Of a stretch of 64,000 nucleotides of DNA, positions 47,669 through 58,482 are shown piece by piece. Location: contig JBKQIY010000144.1 of the NCBI GenBank assembly GCA_052148155.1, positions 547 through 64,546 of the forward strand. The letters run 5' to 3'. The DNA is from Acidimicrobiia bacterium (lineage in GTDB: Bacteria > Actinomycetota > Acidimicrobiia > IMCC26256 > PALSA-610). How positions within the stretch are numbered: the first letter of the stretch is position 1; the number at the start of each line of letters is the position of its first letter. The notes under the pieces are model-generated. The model ran no database searches. It saw nothing but the letters and a program-made list of their open reading frames with translations, and was not told the origin of the DNA. The translations under genes were made by a program, and so were the position numbers.

Positions 47669-48252
47669 TCCGCAAAGCCGAGCTACGACGAGAAACCAAA
47701 GAAACCAACATCGATCTCGTGCTCGTCGTCGACGGCCTGGGCACCACGACCATTTCGACCGGCATCCCTTTCTTCGATCACATGCTCGAACAGCTCGCCA
47801 AGCATGCCGGCTTCAACCTCGGAATCGACGCGCGGGGCGACCTCGAAGTCGACTTGCACCACACGGTCGAAGACGTCGGGATCGTGCTCGGCCAAGCGTT
47901 GCGCGAGGCCCTGGGCGACAAGCGCGGCGTCCGCCGTTTTGCCAACGCCCTGGTACCGCTCGACGAAGCACTGGTGCAGGTCGCGCTCGATCTGTCTGGT
48001 CGGCCGTTCCTGGTGTACGAGGTCGAGCCGGTCGCCGAATGGATCGGCACCTTCGATCCGCAGCTCGCCGAGGAGTTCTGGAAAGGTTTCGTGGATGGTG
48101 CCCGCGTCACGTTGCATATCCGCAGCGTTTCCGGAAAGAACGGCCATCACGTGATCGAAGCGTCGTTCAAGGGTGTCGCGCGGGCGTTGCACGACGCGGT
48201 GACGGTCGAGGGTGACGACGTGCCGTCCACGAAAGGAACGCTGTCGAGCTGA
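47665..48252 (+). CDS. hisB: imidazoleglycerol-phosphate dehydratase
   Basis: GTG 47665 overlaps the hisC stop (GTGA). RETKETNI, GIPFFDHML, DLHHTVEDVGI, GKNGHHVIEASFK. Confidence 0.92.
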   Translation: MIRKAELRRETKETNIDLVLVVDGLGTTTISTGIPFFDHMLEQLAKHAGFNLGIDARGDLEVDLHHTVEDVGIVLGQALREALGDKRGVRRFANALVPLDEALVQVALDLSGRPFLVYEVEPVAEWIGTFDPQLAEEFWKGFVDGARVTLHIRSVSGKNGHHVIEASFKGVARALHDAVTVEGDDVPSTKGTLSS

Positions 48253-48253
48253 C

Positions 48254-48865
48254 ATGACGATCGCGGTGGTCGACTACGGAATCGGGAATCTCCGCTCGGC
48301 GGAAAAGGCCCTGCAACATCTCGGAGCGGATGCGGGGCTGACGTCGAGCGCGGCGCAGATCGCGGATGCCGATGCTGTGGTCCTGCCCGGTGTCGGCAAC
48401 TTTGGTTCGTGCATGCGGGCGCTGCGGGCGAGCGGTTTGGAGGCGGTCACCCGCGCCGCCGCGACCGACGGCCGGCCGTTTCTCGGCATCTGCGTCGGCA
48501 TGCAGATGCTGTTCGACGGCAGCGACGAGTCACCCGACGTCGAGGGGCTCGGGGTTGTGGCCGGACGGATCACACGGCTTCCTGCCGGCGTTCGACTGCC
48601 GCAGATGGGTTGGAACACACTCGAACCGCGAGCCGGTGCCCGCCTCCTGGACGGTCTTCCCGAGCCGGCTTGGTGTTACTTCGTGCACACCTACGCGCCA
48701 GATCCGAACGACGAATCCGTCATTGCGGCGTGGTGCGACTACGGCCGCAGATTCGCGGCCGCGATCGAGCGGGGTTCGCTGTGGGCGACGCAGTTCCATC
48801 CCGAAAAGAGCGGCGCGGTCGGATTGGCGCTCCTCGCCAATTTCGTCGACGCGGCGGCCGCCTGA
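48254..48865 (+). CDS. hisH: imidazole glycerol phosphate synthase, glutamine amidotransferase subunit
   Basis: ATG 48254 (MTIAVVDYGIGNLRS). LPGVGNF, GICVGMQ (catalytic Cys), QFHPEKS. Confidence 0.92.
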   Translation: MTIAVVDYGIGNLRSAEKALQHLGADAGLTSSAAQIADADAVVLPGVGNFGSCMRALRASGLEAVTRAAATDGRPFLGICVGMQMLFDGSDESPDVEGLGVVAGRITRLPAGVRLPQMGWNTLEPRAGARLLDGLPEPAWCYFVHTYAPDPNDESVIAAWCDYGRRFAAAIERGSLWATQFHPEKSGAVGLALLANFVDAAAA

Positions 48866-48867
48866 CC

Positions 48868-49605
48868 GTGGACCTGTATCCCGCAATCGACATTCGTGGC
48901 GGCAGCGTCGTACAACTCCGTCAAGGCGACTACGAACGCGAAACGCACTATGACGATGATCCGGTCGCGGTCGCGCGCCGATTCGAGAGCAGTGGAGTTC
49001 GCTGGATCCATGTCGTGGATCTCGACGCGGCCCGCGACGGCGGCGACGCGAACCTCGACGTGATCGAATCGATCTGCGCCAACGTGTCGGTGCGGGTCCA
49101 GACCGGAGGCGGCGTTCGAACGATCGAAGATGCCGCCGACCGGTTCGCGGTCGGCGTCACCCGTGTGGTCATCGGAAGTGCCGCGGTGGAGCGCCCCGAG
49201 CTCGTTGATGAGCTCGCGACGATGCATCCGGGCCGGGTCGCCGTCGGCATCGACGCGCGCGGGCTCGACGTCGCCATCCATGGCTGGGCCAAAGCGACCG
49301 GCCACGACGCGGTCGCGCTCGCGAGGCGCTTCGACCGACCGGGCGTCGCGGCGTTGGTCGTCACCGAAATTGGGCGAGACGGCATGCTTGGAGGTCCCGA
49401 TCTCGATCAACTCCGGACGGTGCTCGCGGCGAGCCCGGTCCCGATCATCGCCAGCGGCGGGGTCGGGAGCCTCGATCATCTTCGGGCGCTCGCAGCATTG
49501 GAGGCGGGCGGCCGTCGGCTGTCCGGGGTGATCGCAGGAACCGCGATCTACGAACGGCGTTTCACCGTTGCCGAAGGAATCGTCGCGTGCTCGCCGTTCG
49601 AGTGA
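48868..49605 (+). CDS. hisA: ProFAR isomerase (HisA, PriA-like)
   Basis: GTG 48868 ([12 protein letters not shown]). [27 protein letters not shown]. Confidence 0.9.
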   Translation: MDLYPAIDIRGGSVVQLRQGDYERETHYDDDPVAVARRFESSGVRWIHVVDLDAARDGGDANLDVIESICANVSVRVQTGGGVRTIEDAADRFAVGVTRVVIGSAAVERPELVDELATMHPGRVAVGIDARGLDVAIHGWAKATGHDAVALARRFDRPGVAALVVTEIGRDGMLGGPDLDQLRTVLAASPVPIIASGGVGSLDHLRALAALEAGGRRLSGVIAGTAIYERRFTVAEGIVACSPFE

Positions 49606-50357
49606 TCCCGTGCCTCGACGTTGACGCAGGCCGCGTCGTCAAAGGCGTGCGGTTCGTCGACATCCGCGACGCTGGCGATCCCGTCGAACTCGCGGCCCGG
49701 TACGACGCCGAAGGCGCCGACGAGCTTGTCTTCCTCGATATCACCGCCTCGTCGGACGATCGAGACACGATGGTGCACGTCGTCGAACGGGTGGCGGACC
49801 AGGTGTTCATTCCGTTCACCGTGGGCGGCGGAATTCGTACGGTCGAGGACGTCCGGCGCATGTTGCGCGCCGGTGCCGACAAAGTGTCGCTGAACACCGC
49901 GGCGGTGAACGACGTCGATCTGGTGTCGAGAGCAGCAGACGAGTTCGGAACGCAGTGCATCGTCGTCGCGATCGATGCGCGCCGTCTCCCCACCGACGGG
50001 CCGGACGTACGCTGGCAGGTCGTCACCCACGGCGGCCGTAGCGAGACGGACCTCGACGCGGTCGAATGGGCGGCGCACGCGTGCGCGCTCGGCGCCGGCG
50101 AATTGTTGGTCACGTCGATGGACCGTGACGGGACGAAGGTCGGCTACGACATCGAGTTGCTGCGCGCGGTGAGCGACGCGGTCGACGTGCCCGTCATCGC
50201 CAGCGGCGGGGTCGGCACCCTCGAACATCTTTGTGCGGGCGCGACCGAAGGGGCCGCGACCGGCCTGTTGGCTGCGTCGATTTTCCATTTTGGGCAGTAC
50301 ACGGTGCACGACGCCAAGACCGCGTTGGCTGCGCACGGCCTCACAGTTCGCCCCTGA
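49587..50357 (+). CDS. hisF: imidazole glycerol phosphate synthase, cyclase subunit
   Basis: [32 protein letters not shown]. Confidence 0.93.
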   Translation: MLAVRVIPCLDVDAGRVVKGVRFVDIRDAGDPVELAARYDAEGADELVFLDITASSDDRDTMVHVVERVADQVFIPFTVGGGIRTVEDVRRMLRAGADKVSLNTAAVNDVDLVSRAADEFGTQCIVVAIDARRLPTDGPDVRWQVVTHGGRSETDLDAVEWAAHACALGAGELLVTSMDRDGTKVGYDIELLRAVSDAVDVPVIASGGVGTLEHLCAGATEGAATGLLAASIFHFGQYTVHDAKTALAAHGLTVRP

Positions 50358-50472
50358 GCCGACTATCGGTCCAGGTGAGAGCGTTGCATGTCCAGGGAAG
50401 GATCCGGTAACGCGGTCGTAACGAGGAGATGGTTCCCCCCGGAGGCGGGCTGAGGTACCGTGACCTGACTGA

Positions 50473-50495
50473 GTGCCCGGCTCGGCGCCGGGCAC
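50473..50495 (+). terminator. GC-rich stem-loop (9-bp stem GTGCCCGGC/GCCGGGCAC, 5-nt loop) downstream of hisF
   Basis: Read directly. It sits just upstream of the GAAGGAGGG RBS of the 50513 ORF. No U-tract, so it could be a tail-less terminator or an RBS-proximal regulatory hairpin. Confidence 0.3.
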
Positions 50496-50512
50496 GGAGC
50501 GAAGGAGGGCCT

Positions 50513-50746
50513 ATGCCCGAGACACACGCTCTTGCGCACGGTGGTGCGGTCGATGATCACTTCTTCCGCCGCTACCGGGCGCTTCTCGATGCCGAAGATT
50601 GCGCGTTCGACGAACTCGAACACGCGTACGAGGACGGCGACCGCAGCGCCTTCGACTTCGACTACGAAGCCTGGTGCTCCGCGGTCATCCGCCGAAAGTC
50701 GTTCCTCGAGGGGAACGGTTTCGCGGCGGCACCGATGTTGGCTTAA
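50513..50746 (+). CDS. small acidic hypothetical protein (77 aa)
   Basis: ORF 50429..50746 trimmed to ATG 50513, with GGAGGG 4 nt upstream. No family recognised. Confidence 0.45.
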   Translation: MPETHALAHGGAVDDHFFRRYRALLDAEDCAFDELEHAYEDGDRSAFDFDYEAWCSAVIRRKSFLEGNGFAAAPMLA

Positions 50747-50757
50747 TCGTCACACCT

Positions 50758-51393
50758 TCACGGTGTGACGATGCGGGCGATACCGGCCAGCGTCTCGGTG
50801 ACGACGCGGTCGGTCCGACCGACGAAGAAGTGACTGGCGCCGGGAACAATCGCGACGGTGGTCGCAGTCCAGCCCGCCACCGCTTCTTCAACGTCGGCGG
50901 GCGCTCGGAACTCGTCGTTCGCGGCCAGCACAAGATGTTTGGGGCGTACGTCGGACGCCGCGAAATACGTCGGCCAGAATCGCAACGGCGGCGCGATCGC
51001 GACCCACCCTGCGACGCGGGGATCGACGACCGTCAACGACACATCTGCGCCGAACGACCAGCCGACGAGCGCGATCGGCAACCCCGCGACCGCGTCGGCC
51101 ATCGTCGCGACCGCGGCGAGCGCATCGAGTTGTTCGCCTTCACCGTCGGCGTAGGTGCCGGTGCTGGCCTCGACGCCCCTAAAGTTGAACCGAAGGCACG
51201 CGAAACCCGCGGCCGACAATTCCGCGAACAGCACCGAGATGACGAGGCTGCGCATCGTGCCGCCGTATTGCGGATGCGGATGGCACAGCACGATCCCCGC
51301 TCGGGGCGTGGCGTGGTCGCCCAACGTCAGTTCCGCTTCGAGTGCCGGCCCGTCATCGGTTTGGATGATGAGGTCGCGCGCGTCCGTGCTCAC
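50758..51393 (-). CDS. alpha/beta hydrolase
   Basis: GTG 51393 overlaps the ptrB stop (GTGA). VLCHPHPQYGG, nucleophile-elbow-like GWSFGA. Confidence 0.7.
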   Translation of the reverse strand: MSTDARDLIIQTDDGPALEAELTLGDHATPRAGIVLCHPHPQYGGTMRSLVISVLFAELSAAGFACLRFNFRGVEASTGTYADGEGEQLDALAAVATMADAVAGLPIALVGWSFGADVSLTVVDPRVAGWVAIAPPLRFWPTYFAASDVRPKHLVLAANDEFRAPADVEEAVAGWTATTVAIVPGASHFFVGRTDRVVTETLAGIARIVTP

Positions 51394-53453
51394 GCCTGCA
51401 CTCCGACCGTCGAGCACACGAACGCGAGGATCGCAGCCTCGTCACGCCACGCGTCGTAACGACCGGACGGACCGCTGTGACCCGCTCCCATCTCGGTACG
51501 CAAGAGGATCGGTTTGTCGGAAGTGGTGTGGACGCGAAGCTTGGCGACCCATTTCGCGGGCTCCCAATACTGCACGCGCGGATCGTTGAGGCCGGTCGTC
51601 ACGAACATCGCGGGATACGGACGCGCGTCAACGTTGTCGTACGGCGAGTACGCCTTCATCCGGGCGTACGCGTCGGGCTCGTGCGGATCGCCCCACTCTT
51701 CCCATTCGGTAATCGTGAGGGGCAGGTCGGCATCAAGCATCGTCGTGACGACGTCGACGAACGGTACCTCGGCAACGATCGCCGCGAACAGGTCGGGCCG
51801 CAAGTTCGCCACCGCGCCCATGAGCAGGCCGCCTGCGCTCCCTCCTCGGGCGACGAGGCGAGACGGTGTCGTAAAGCCGTGCTCGATCAGCGTCTGCGCG
51901 CACGCGACGAAGTCGCTGAACGTATTCGCCTTGTGTTCCAGACGGCCAGCTTCGTACCACGCACGTCCGAGTTCGCCGCCGCCCCGCACGTGTGCGATCG
52001 CGCAGACGAAGCCCCGATCGAGCAGCGACACACGTGACGCACGGAACGCCGGGTCGCTGGAATGCTCATAGGCGCCGTAGCCGCCGAGCAGCGCGGGGGC
52101 GCGACCGTCGAGGACGACGTCGCGCCGATGCACGACCGAGATCGGCACGAGGACACCGTCGGGGGCGGTCGCCCACAGACGCACCGACGTGTACAAGGTC
52201 GGGTCATAGCCACCGAGGACCGGTTGGACTCTGACCACGGTCGAGGTCGCGAGGTGGGGGTCGTAGTCGAGGTCGGTCACGGGGGCGATCAACGACGTGT
52301 AGCCGTAACGCACGACGTGGGTGTCGTATTCGGGGTTCGGTCCGAGCCATATGCTGTACACAGGATCGGAGACCGGCACCACCGTGTCGGATTCTTCGTC
52401 GAGGCGAAGGACGCGCAGCCGGTCGAGGCCGTCGGCGCGTTCGCTCAACACGAGATGTTCGACGAAGGCGTTGACCGCGTCGAGCCGGACGTCGTTGCGC
52501 GGCGACAGCACATCGACCCAGTTGACGCGGGCCGGATCGGCGACCGGTGCTGCGACCAACTTGAAGTTGCGTGCGCCGTCGCCGTTGGTGACGATGAGGA
52601 ACCGGTCGTGGTCGCGTTCGTTCCAATGATGCTCGACCGTATATTCGTGTTCGTGCTCGCGGGCGGCGACGAGCGTCGGGGGTTGAGTGGGGTCGTCGGT
52701 CGGAACGAACCATGTTTCCGACGTCAGTTTCGACGACGAGTCGATCAGGACAAAGCGGCCAGATCGTGTGCGTCCAATGTCGATGAAGAAGCGTTCGTCG
52801 TCCTCGCGGTACACGAGCGCGTCGTCAGACGTTGATGTTCCGAGCGTGTGACGCCACACCTCGTTCGGGCGCATCGCGTCGTCGGGCCGGACGTAGAAAC
52901 ACACCTCCGCGCGGTCGGCCCACGCGAGCCCGTAGGTGACGTCCTCGACGACATCGGCGAGGTCGGCGCCGGTGTCGAGGTCGCGGAACCGCAGCGTGTA
53001 CCGCTCGGCTCCCGAGAGGTCGGTCGTGTAGGCAAGGAGTCGGTGGTCGGGAGATATTTCGAACCCGCCCAACGAGAAATAGTCGTTCCCGGAGGCGAGC
53101 ACGTTCTCGTCGAGCAGGAGCTGGTCGGCGCCTCCCGTACGGGGCCGGCGGTAGTGCATCGCGTACTGCAGTCCCTCGACGGTACGAGAGAAGTAGCTCC
53201 AGTCGCCGTGCGGGACGGGAGCCGAATCATCGGATTCTTGGACTCGCGTTCGGATCTCACCGTAGATGCGTTCGCGCAGCTCGGCCACGGGTGCGAGCAC
53301 GGCTTCGGCGTAGGCGTTTTCGGCTTCGAGGTAGACGCGGACGCCAGGATCGTCGCGGTCGCGCAACCAATACCAGTCGTCCACGCGTTCGTCGCCGTGC
53401 AAGGAAAGCACGTGCGGGCGCCGGGGCGCTTGCGGCGGCGTCGGCGGACCCAT
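51390..53453 (-). CDS. ptrB: oligopeptidase B / S9A prolyl oligopeptidase family
   Basis: ORF 51390..53843 trimmed to ATG 53453 (MGPPTPPQAPRRPHVLSLHGDERVDDWYWLRDRD). Ser elbow GGSAGGLL. C-terminal GAGHSG. Confidence 0.85.
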   Translation of the reverse strand: MGPPTPPQAPRRPHVLSLHGDERVDDWYWLRDRDDPGVRVYLEAENAYAEAVLAPVAELRERIYGEIRTRVQESDDSAPVPHGDWSYFSRTVEGLQYAMHYRRPRTGGADQLLLDENVLASGNDYFSLGGFEISPDHRLLAYTTDLSGAERYTLRFRDLDTGADLADVVEDVTYGLAWADRAEVCFYVRPDDAMRPNEVWRHTLGTSTSDDALVYREDDERFFIDIGRTRSGRFVLIDSSSKLTSETWFVPTDDPTQPPTLVAAREHEHEYTVEHHWNERDHDRFLIVTNGDGARNFKLVAAPVADPARVNWVDVLSPRNDVRLDAVNAFVEHLVLSERADGLDRLRVLRLDEESDTVVPVSDPVYSIWLGPNPEYDTHVVRYGYTSLIAPVTDLDYDPHLATSTVVRVQPVLGGYDPTLYTSVRLWATAPDGVLVPISVVHRRDVVLDGRAPALLGGYGAYEHSSDPAFRASRVSLLDRGFVCAIAHVRGGGELGRAWYEAGRLEHKANTFSDFVACAQTLIEHGFTTPSRLVARGGSAGGLLMGAVANLRPDLFAAIVAEVPFVDVVTTMLDADLPLTITEWEEWGDPHEPDAYARMKAYSPYDNVDARPYPAMFVTTGLNDPRVQYWEPAKWVAKLRVHTTSDKPILLRTEMGAGHSGPSGRYDAWRDEAAILAFVCSTVGVQA

Positions 53454-53510
53454 CAGCGAAGAGCCTAAACGCCGGTCGGGGACCTCCACAGCCCGGTACG
53501 ATTTGCGTCG

Positions 53511-53894
53511 ATGTCTGCGCAGACGACCACGCCGATCCCGTACACCGCCGAGGAGCTCGATGCCGTCTCGTACGACGCCAAGGGATTGGTCCCGGCGATC
53601 GTGCAGGAGGCCGGCACCCACGACGTGCTCATGGTGGGGTGGATGAATCGCGAGGCGCTGGAACGCACGTTGCAGACCGGACGCACGTGGTTCTGGAGCC
53701 GCAGCCGCCAGGAGTACTGGTGCAAAGGTGAATCGTCGGGCGATCGGCAGTACGTACGCGACGCACGCTACGACTGCGACATGGACGTGTTGTTGTTCGT
53801 CGTCGAACAGGCCGGACGGGGAGCGTGCCACACCGGCCAACATTCCTGTTTCTTTCGCGCGTTCGGTGACGGGTCGGCCCCCGGCCCAGTGTGA
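53511..53894 (+). CDS. hisI: phosphoribosyl-AMP cyclohydrolase
   Basis: [50 protein letters not shown]. Confidence 0.9.
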   Translation: MSAQTTTPIPYTAEELDAVSYDAKGLVPAIVQEAGTHDVLMVGWMNREALERTLQTGRTWFWSRSRQEYWCKGESSGDRQYVRDARYDCDMDVLLFVVEQAGRGACHTGQHSCFFRAFGDGSAPGPV

Positions 53895-55417
53895 ACAGCG
53901 GTTCGGCGACAGTTCACCCCACGTTCGAGACGTTCGCGGCTCAAGCGCGGGACTACACCGTCGTGCCGGTATGGCGCGAAGTGCTCGCCGATCTCGAGAC
54001 GCCGCTGTCGGCGTTCATGAAGTTGGTCGGCGACCGCGAAGGTTTCCTGCTCGAGTCGGTCGAGCATGCCGAACGGTGGGGTCGTTTCTCGTTCCTGGGT
54101 CGCGACCCGGCGCTCACGTTCGTCGCTCGCGGACGTCACCTCGAATGGATCGGAGGTGGTCCACCGCCTGATGTGCCTTCCGAGCAGGGGACACTCGCGG
54201 CGCTCGATGCGCTCCTCAAGCGATACCGTGCGCCCGCGCAGCCCGAGTTGCCGCCCTTTCACGGCGGGATCGTCGGATGGATCGGCTATGACACGGTCCG
54301 AGAGATCGAACGCCTTCCCGACGTCCCCCACGATGACCTCGGCCTCCCCGACGCGGTGTGTTCCCTCGCCGGACATGTCGCCGCGTTCGACCACTTTCGC
54401 CAACGCTTGTTCCTGATCGAGAACGTGTACCCCGAGCCGGGCTGCGACGAACCGACGCTGCGCCGCTACTACGACACGGCAGTCGGTCGGCTTTCCGACG
54501 CGGTCGACGACCTCGGAATGCCCCTCGCGTACGTTCCGGCCGTCCCACCGGCCGACGAGCTCGCCGAAATCCCGACGGTCCGGGCCAATGTCAGTGACGC
54601 ACAATGGACCGCGGCGGTCGAAGCCGCCAAGGAGCACATCCTCGAAGGCGACATTTTCCAGGTCGTCCTCGCCCAACGATTCGATCTGGTGGAACCGGTC
54701 GATCCGTTCTCGGTGTATCGGGTGCTGCGCCTGGTGAACCCGTCGCCGTACATGTACTTCTTACGTCATCCCGAAGCGACCCTGGTCGGGTCGTCACCGG
54801 AACCGATGGTGCAGGTACTCGGCGGGCGGGTGATCAGCCGTCCGATTGCGGGGACTCGACGGCGCGGGCGAACACCCGAACATGACCAACGTCTCGCAGC
54901 CGAGCTGGTGGAGCATCCCAAAGAACGTGCCGAACATGTGATGCTGGTCGACCTGGCCCGCAACGACGTCGGCCGCGTCGTGCGATTTGGCAGCGAACGG
55001 GTAGAAGAGTTGATGACCCTCGAACGCTATTCGCACGTGATGCACCTCACGAGTCAGGTCGCGGGCGAGCTCGCCTCGGATCACGGTCCGATCGACGTGC
55101 TCCGGGCGACGTTCCCCGCGGGCACCGTGAGCGGCGCACCCAAGGTTCGGGCGATGGAAATCATCGACGAACTGGAACCGACGAAGCGGGGCCCCTACGC
55201 CGGCGTTGTCGGCTACGTCGACTTCTCGGGCAATCTCGACACTGCGATCGCCATTCGGACCATGGTCTGGCGCGACGGCCAGGCCACGCTCCAGGCGGGA
55301 GCCGGGATCGTTGCCGACTCCGAACCTGACGACGAGGCCCTGGAATGCCGCAACAAGGCCCGGGCGTTGTTGACCGCGGCCGCGGCGGCCGCCCGACTGG
55401 ACCGAAACGAGGATTGA
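53891..55417 (+). CDS. trpE: anthranilate synthase component I
   Basis: GTGA overlap with his[28 protein letters not shown]-like [26 protein letters not shown]. Confidence 0.92.
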   Translation: MNSGSATVHPTFETFAAQARDYTVVPVWREVLADLETPLSAFMKLVGDREGFLLESVEHAERWGRFSFLGRDPALTFVARGRHLEWIGGGPPPDVPSEQGTLAALDALLKRYRAPAQPELPPFHGGIVGWIGYDTVREIERLPDVPHDDLGLPDAVCSLAGHVAAFDHFRQRLFLIENVYPEPGCDEPTLRRYYDTAVGRLSDAVDDLGMPLAYVPAVPPADELAEIPTVRANVSDAQWTAAVEAAKEHILEGDIFQVVLAQRFDLVEPVDPFSVYRVLRLVNPSPYMYFLRHPEATLVGSSPEPMVQVLGGRVISRPIAGTRRRGRTPEHDQRLAAELVEHPKERAEHVMLVDLARNDVGRVVRFGSERVEELMTLERYSHVMHLTSQVAGELASDHGPIDVLRATFPAGTVSGAPKVRAMEIIDELEPTKRGPYAGVVGYVDFSGNLDTAIAIRTMVWRDGQATLQAGAGIVADSEPDDEALECRNKARALLTAAAAAARLDRNED

Positions 55418-55423
55418 TCTCGT

Positions 55424-56290
55424 ATGACGCAGACATTTGTGTCGCGGGTGGACCGGGATGCGGTATTCGTCTCAGGTCCGGACGCGACGTCCTTTTTGCA
55501 AAGTCTCCTTTCGCAGGACCTCGACCCGGTCGTGGTGGGTGACAGCAGCCATGCGCTGCTGCTCCAGCCGCAGGGAAAGCTTGTCGTCGACCTGCGCGCA
55601 GTGCACGTACTCGCCGAGCAGTGGTGTTGCATCTGCGAAGCCGGCTTCGGGTCTGCACTCGTGCAGGGACTGAAACGATTTCGCATTCGCGTGAAGGTGG
55701 AGATCGAAGATCGTTCGGCGCTGACGGAAACGGTCGCGGTGCGCGGACCCGACGCGGCGGCGCTGGTCGCTTCTGTCGTCGATCCGGACGCCCTGATTGT
55801 CGCTCGTGCCGACTGGCCGACCGGCCCGGGCGTTGAAGTGTTGTGCGAGCCGTCCGCCGCGGCCCTCATCAGCCGCCTCGTCGAAGCCGGCGCGGTCGAG
55901 ATCGATGAGGCCGCGTTCGAGGCGTTACGGGTCGAAGCCGGCATACCCCGTCAAGGTTTCGACATCGACGACACCACGATCGCGCAAGAAGCATTTCTCG
56001 AACGCGACGCCGTGTCGTTCACCAAAGGCTGCTTCCTCGGTCAGGAACTGGTGTGCCGGATCGACAGTCGTGGTCACGTCAACCGGCTGCTCCGCCGGTT
56101 ACGGGCGACGGCGTCGCTCACGCGCGGCTCGACGGTCGTTGCCGACGGCAAGGAGGTCGGCCAGGTCACCAGCGTTGCCGGGAGCGTGGCGCTCGCCACC
56201 ATCCGCCGACAGGTCGAACCGGGCGTCGAGGTGCTGGTCCGGACAGCATCGGGAGATGTCTGCGCGCGCGTCGAGGCGGTCGACGTTTGA
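55424..56290 (+). CDS. YgfZ/GcvT-like folate-binding protein
   Basis: DRDAVFVSGPDATSFLQSLLSQDL..., FTKGCFLGQELVCRI (the K-G-C-[FY]-x-GQE motif of the YgfZ family). Confidence 0.7.
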   Translation: MTQTFVSRVDRDAVFVSGPDATSFLQSLLSQDLDPVVVGDSSHALLLQPQGKLVVDLRAVHVLAEQWCCICEAGFGSALVQGLKRFRIRVKVEIEDRSALTETVAVRGPDAAALVASVVDPDALIVARADWPTGPGVEVLCEPSAAALISRLVEAGAVEIDEAAFEALRVEAGIPRQGFDIDDTTIAQEAFLERDAVSFTKGCFLGQELVCRIDSRGHVNRLLRRLRATASLTRGSTVVADGKEVGQVTSVAGSVALATIRRQVEPGVEVLVRTASGDVCARVEAVDV

Positions 56291-56293
56291 TCG

Positions 56294-57766
56294 CTACGAC
56301 AAGGACGCTTCCGCCGCGATGTGGGCGGTGTGGCTCGGCAGACGCACGATGAAACGGGTTCCGCCTTCGGGAAGTGCTTCGACGGTCGCGACACCGCCCA
56401 TCGCGGTGGCGAGCTGGCGCACGATCGCCAACCCGAGCCCAGTCCCGACCGATCGTCCGGGTGTGGAACGTACCGTGTAGAGCCGATCGAAGACGTGCGC
56501 GACGTCGTCGGCAGGAATTCCGGGGCCGTCGTCGGTGACGGTGATCTCGTTGTGGTCGGCGTCGACCATGTTGGCCGACACGTCGATGCTTGAGGCCGCG
56601 TACTTCAACGCGTTTTCGACAAGGTTGGCGACAATTTGCGCCAACCGTTCGGGATCGAGCGCGACGGGGAGCGCGGCGCTGCTCGACGACCGCAGCCGCA
56701 GGCCGAGCGCCTGCGCCTGGGGCGCGAACGCTTCGGCGGCGTCGGTGACGATCTCCGCCAGATCGCACGGGCGCGACTTGAGGGAGAACTCGCGACTATC
56801 AAGTTTCGACAGGTCGAGGAGATCGTGCACGAGTCGTTCGAGCCGGCGCGCTTCGGCACCGATCACGGTGGCTGCCCGTTTCCGCGCGTCGGGTTCGGCG
56901 TCTTCGAGGGTGCCGTCGGCGAGCGCCTCGGCGTAGCCGCGTATCGACGTGAGCGGTGTCCGAAGGTCGTGCGAGATGGACAGGAGAAACGCCCGTTGAC
57001 TGCCGCGAGAGCGTTCGAGTTGCGACGCCATCTCGTTCAAGGTGCCGCCGAGTGCGGCGAGCTCGCCGTCGGTGCCGGGCGGAACGTCGGCCCGGGCCGC
57101 AAGATCTCCCGACGCGAGCTGAGCCGCGGCACGTTCGATCTCGCGGATCGGGCGGGTCAACCTTCGCGCGAGCGCGACCGCCACGACGATGGCTAAGCAC
57201 AACATGAGGAGCCCAGCGACGAGGAGGAGGGGCAGCGCGTCGGACAAGACCGTCGTTTCGACGCCGTCGGTTGCGACAACGACGAGGAGCTGGCGGCGGA
57301 TGGGCAGCGAACGGGCGGGGAGCGCGAGGAACACGGTGTTGCCGCGTCGGCCGCTGACGTCTTGCCCGTCGAGCAGTTGTTGCGGGTCGAGGTCAGATGG
57401 TTGCAGCGACGACGGCAGCGAGAAGACGGGACGTACACCGATGTTGGTGACCGTTCCGGCGGGGGAGACGAGCACGGCACTCATGTCGGTGATGCGCAGG
57501 CCCGCGCGGAGGTCGGTTTTGAGCCCGGCCAGTCCGGCGAGCAGCCCGGATCCGCGCAGCCCGGAGTCGACCGCGAGGCTCGCGACCAATGGCCTCAGTT
57601 CGGCGGTGCGCGACCGCAGGTTCGCGAGCGCGTTCTGCTGCAGTTCCCGTCGCACGAGTACATAGCTGGTCGCGTAGGAGAGCCCGAGCACAACCGCGGC
57701 GACTGCGACGATCGCTGCGACGAGCCGTGCCGTGAGCGTGCGACGTCGACGTCGCTCGCCGCTCAC
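56294..57766 (-). CDS. sensor histidine kinase (two TM, HAMP, HisKA, HATPase_c)
   Basis: ORF 56294..58453 trimmed to GTG 57766, which overlaps the regulator stop (GTGA). H-box SISHDLRTPLTSI, N-box NLVENALKY, DDGPGIP, GTGLGLAIV. Confidence 0.85.
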   Translation of the reverse strand: MSGERRRRRTLTARLVAAIVAVAAVVLGLSYATSYVLVRRELQQNALANLRSRTAELRPLVASLAVDSGLRGSGLLAGLAGLKTDLRAGLRITDMSAVLVSPAGTVTNIGVRPVFSLPSSLQPSDLDPQQLLDGQDVSGRRGNTVFLALPARSLPIRRQLLVVVATDGVETTVLSDALPLLLVAGLLMLCLAIVVAVALARRLTRPIREIERAAAQLASGDLAARADVPPGTDGELAALGGTLNEMASQLERSRGSQRAFLLSISHDLRTPLTSIRGYAEALADGTLEDAEPDARKRAATVIGAEARRLERLVHDLLDLSKLDSREFSLKSRPCDLAEIVTDAAEAFAPQAQALGLRLRSSSSAALPVALDPERLAQIVANLVENALKYAASSIDVSANMVDADHNEITVTDDGPGIPADDVAHVFDRLYTVRSTPGRSVGTGLGLAIVRQLATAMGGVATVEALPEGGTRFIVRLPSHTAHIAAEASLS

Positions 57767-58434
57767 GCCGGTTCGAGGCGATAGCCGACGCCCCGCACGG
57801 TGTCGATACGGACCGTGCCGTCGAGCTTCTTGCGAACCTGGGCGAGATGCACGTCGACGGTTCGAGCGTCGCCGAACCAGTCGTAGCCCCATACGCTGTC
57901 GAGGATCTGTTGGCGGCTCAGGGCCAGGCCGGGGCGTTCCGCCAGGAACCGGAACAGCTCGAACTCTTTGGTGGTGAACGCGACCGGCGTGTCGTGTACA
58001 CGGACCTCGCGTCGGCCCATGTCGATCGTCGCGGCGCCGACCTGGAGGATCTCCGCCGCGGCCGGACCGTCGGTGCGACGCAGGACCGCCTTGACCCGGG
58101 CGACGAGCTCGACCGGCGAGAAAGGTTTCGTGACGTAGTCGTCGGCGCCGAGCTCGAGGCCGAGCACCCGGTCGATCTCGCTGTCGCGTGCGGTCAGAAA
58201 GATGACCGGAATCGTCGACGTCTGACGGAGCCGGCGGCACACTTCGAGCCCGTCGACGTCGGGCAGACCGACGTCGAGGACAACCAGCCGCGGTCGGTGT
58301 TCGCCGACCGCCCGCACGCCGTCCTCGCCGGTGGTTGCCTTCACCACCCGAAACCCTTCGCGGGCGAGGTAGAGCTCGATCAGGTCGGCGATGTTCGGTT
58401 CGTCGTCGACGACGAGAATGGTCCCGCGTTCCAT
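57763..58434 (-). CDS. OmpR-family response regulator
   Basis: ILVVDDEP, VLDVGLPDVDG, DDYVTKPFS, and a winged-helix C-terminus GVGYRL. Confidence 0.9.
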   Translation of the reverse strand: MERGTILVVDDEPNIADLIELYLAREGFRVVKATTGEDGVRAVGEHRPRLVVLDVGLPDVDGLEVCRRLRQTSTIPVIFLTARDSEIDRVLGLELGADDYVTKPFSPVELVARVKAVLRRTDGPAAAEILQVGAATIDMGRREVRVHDTPVAFTTKEFELFRFLAERPGLALSRQQILDSVWGYDWFGDARTVDVHLAQVRKKLDGTVRIDTVRGVGYRLEPA

Positions 58435-58482
58435 ATGCCTTCAATCGTCGCATCCGAACGCCGGATGAAGGTGAGCGTTGTG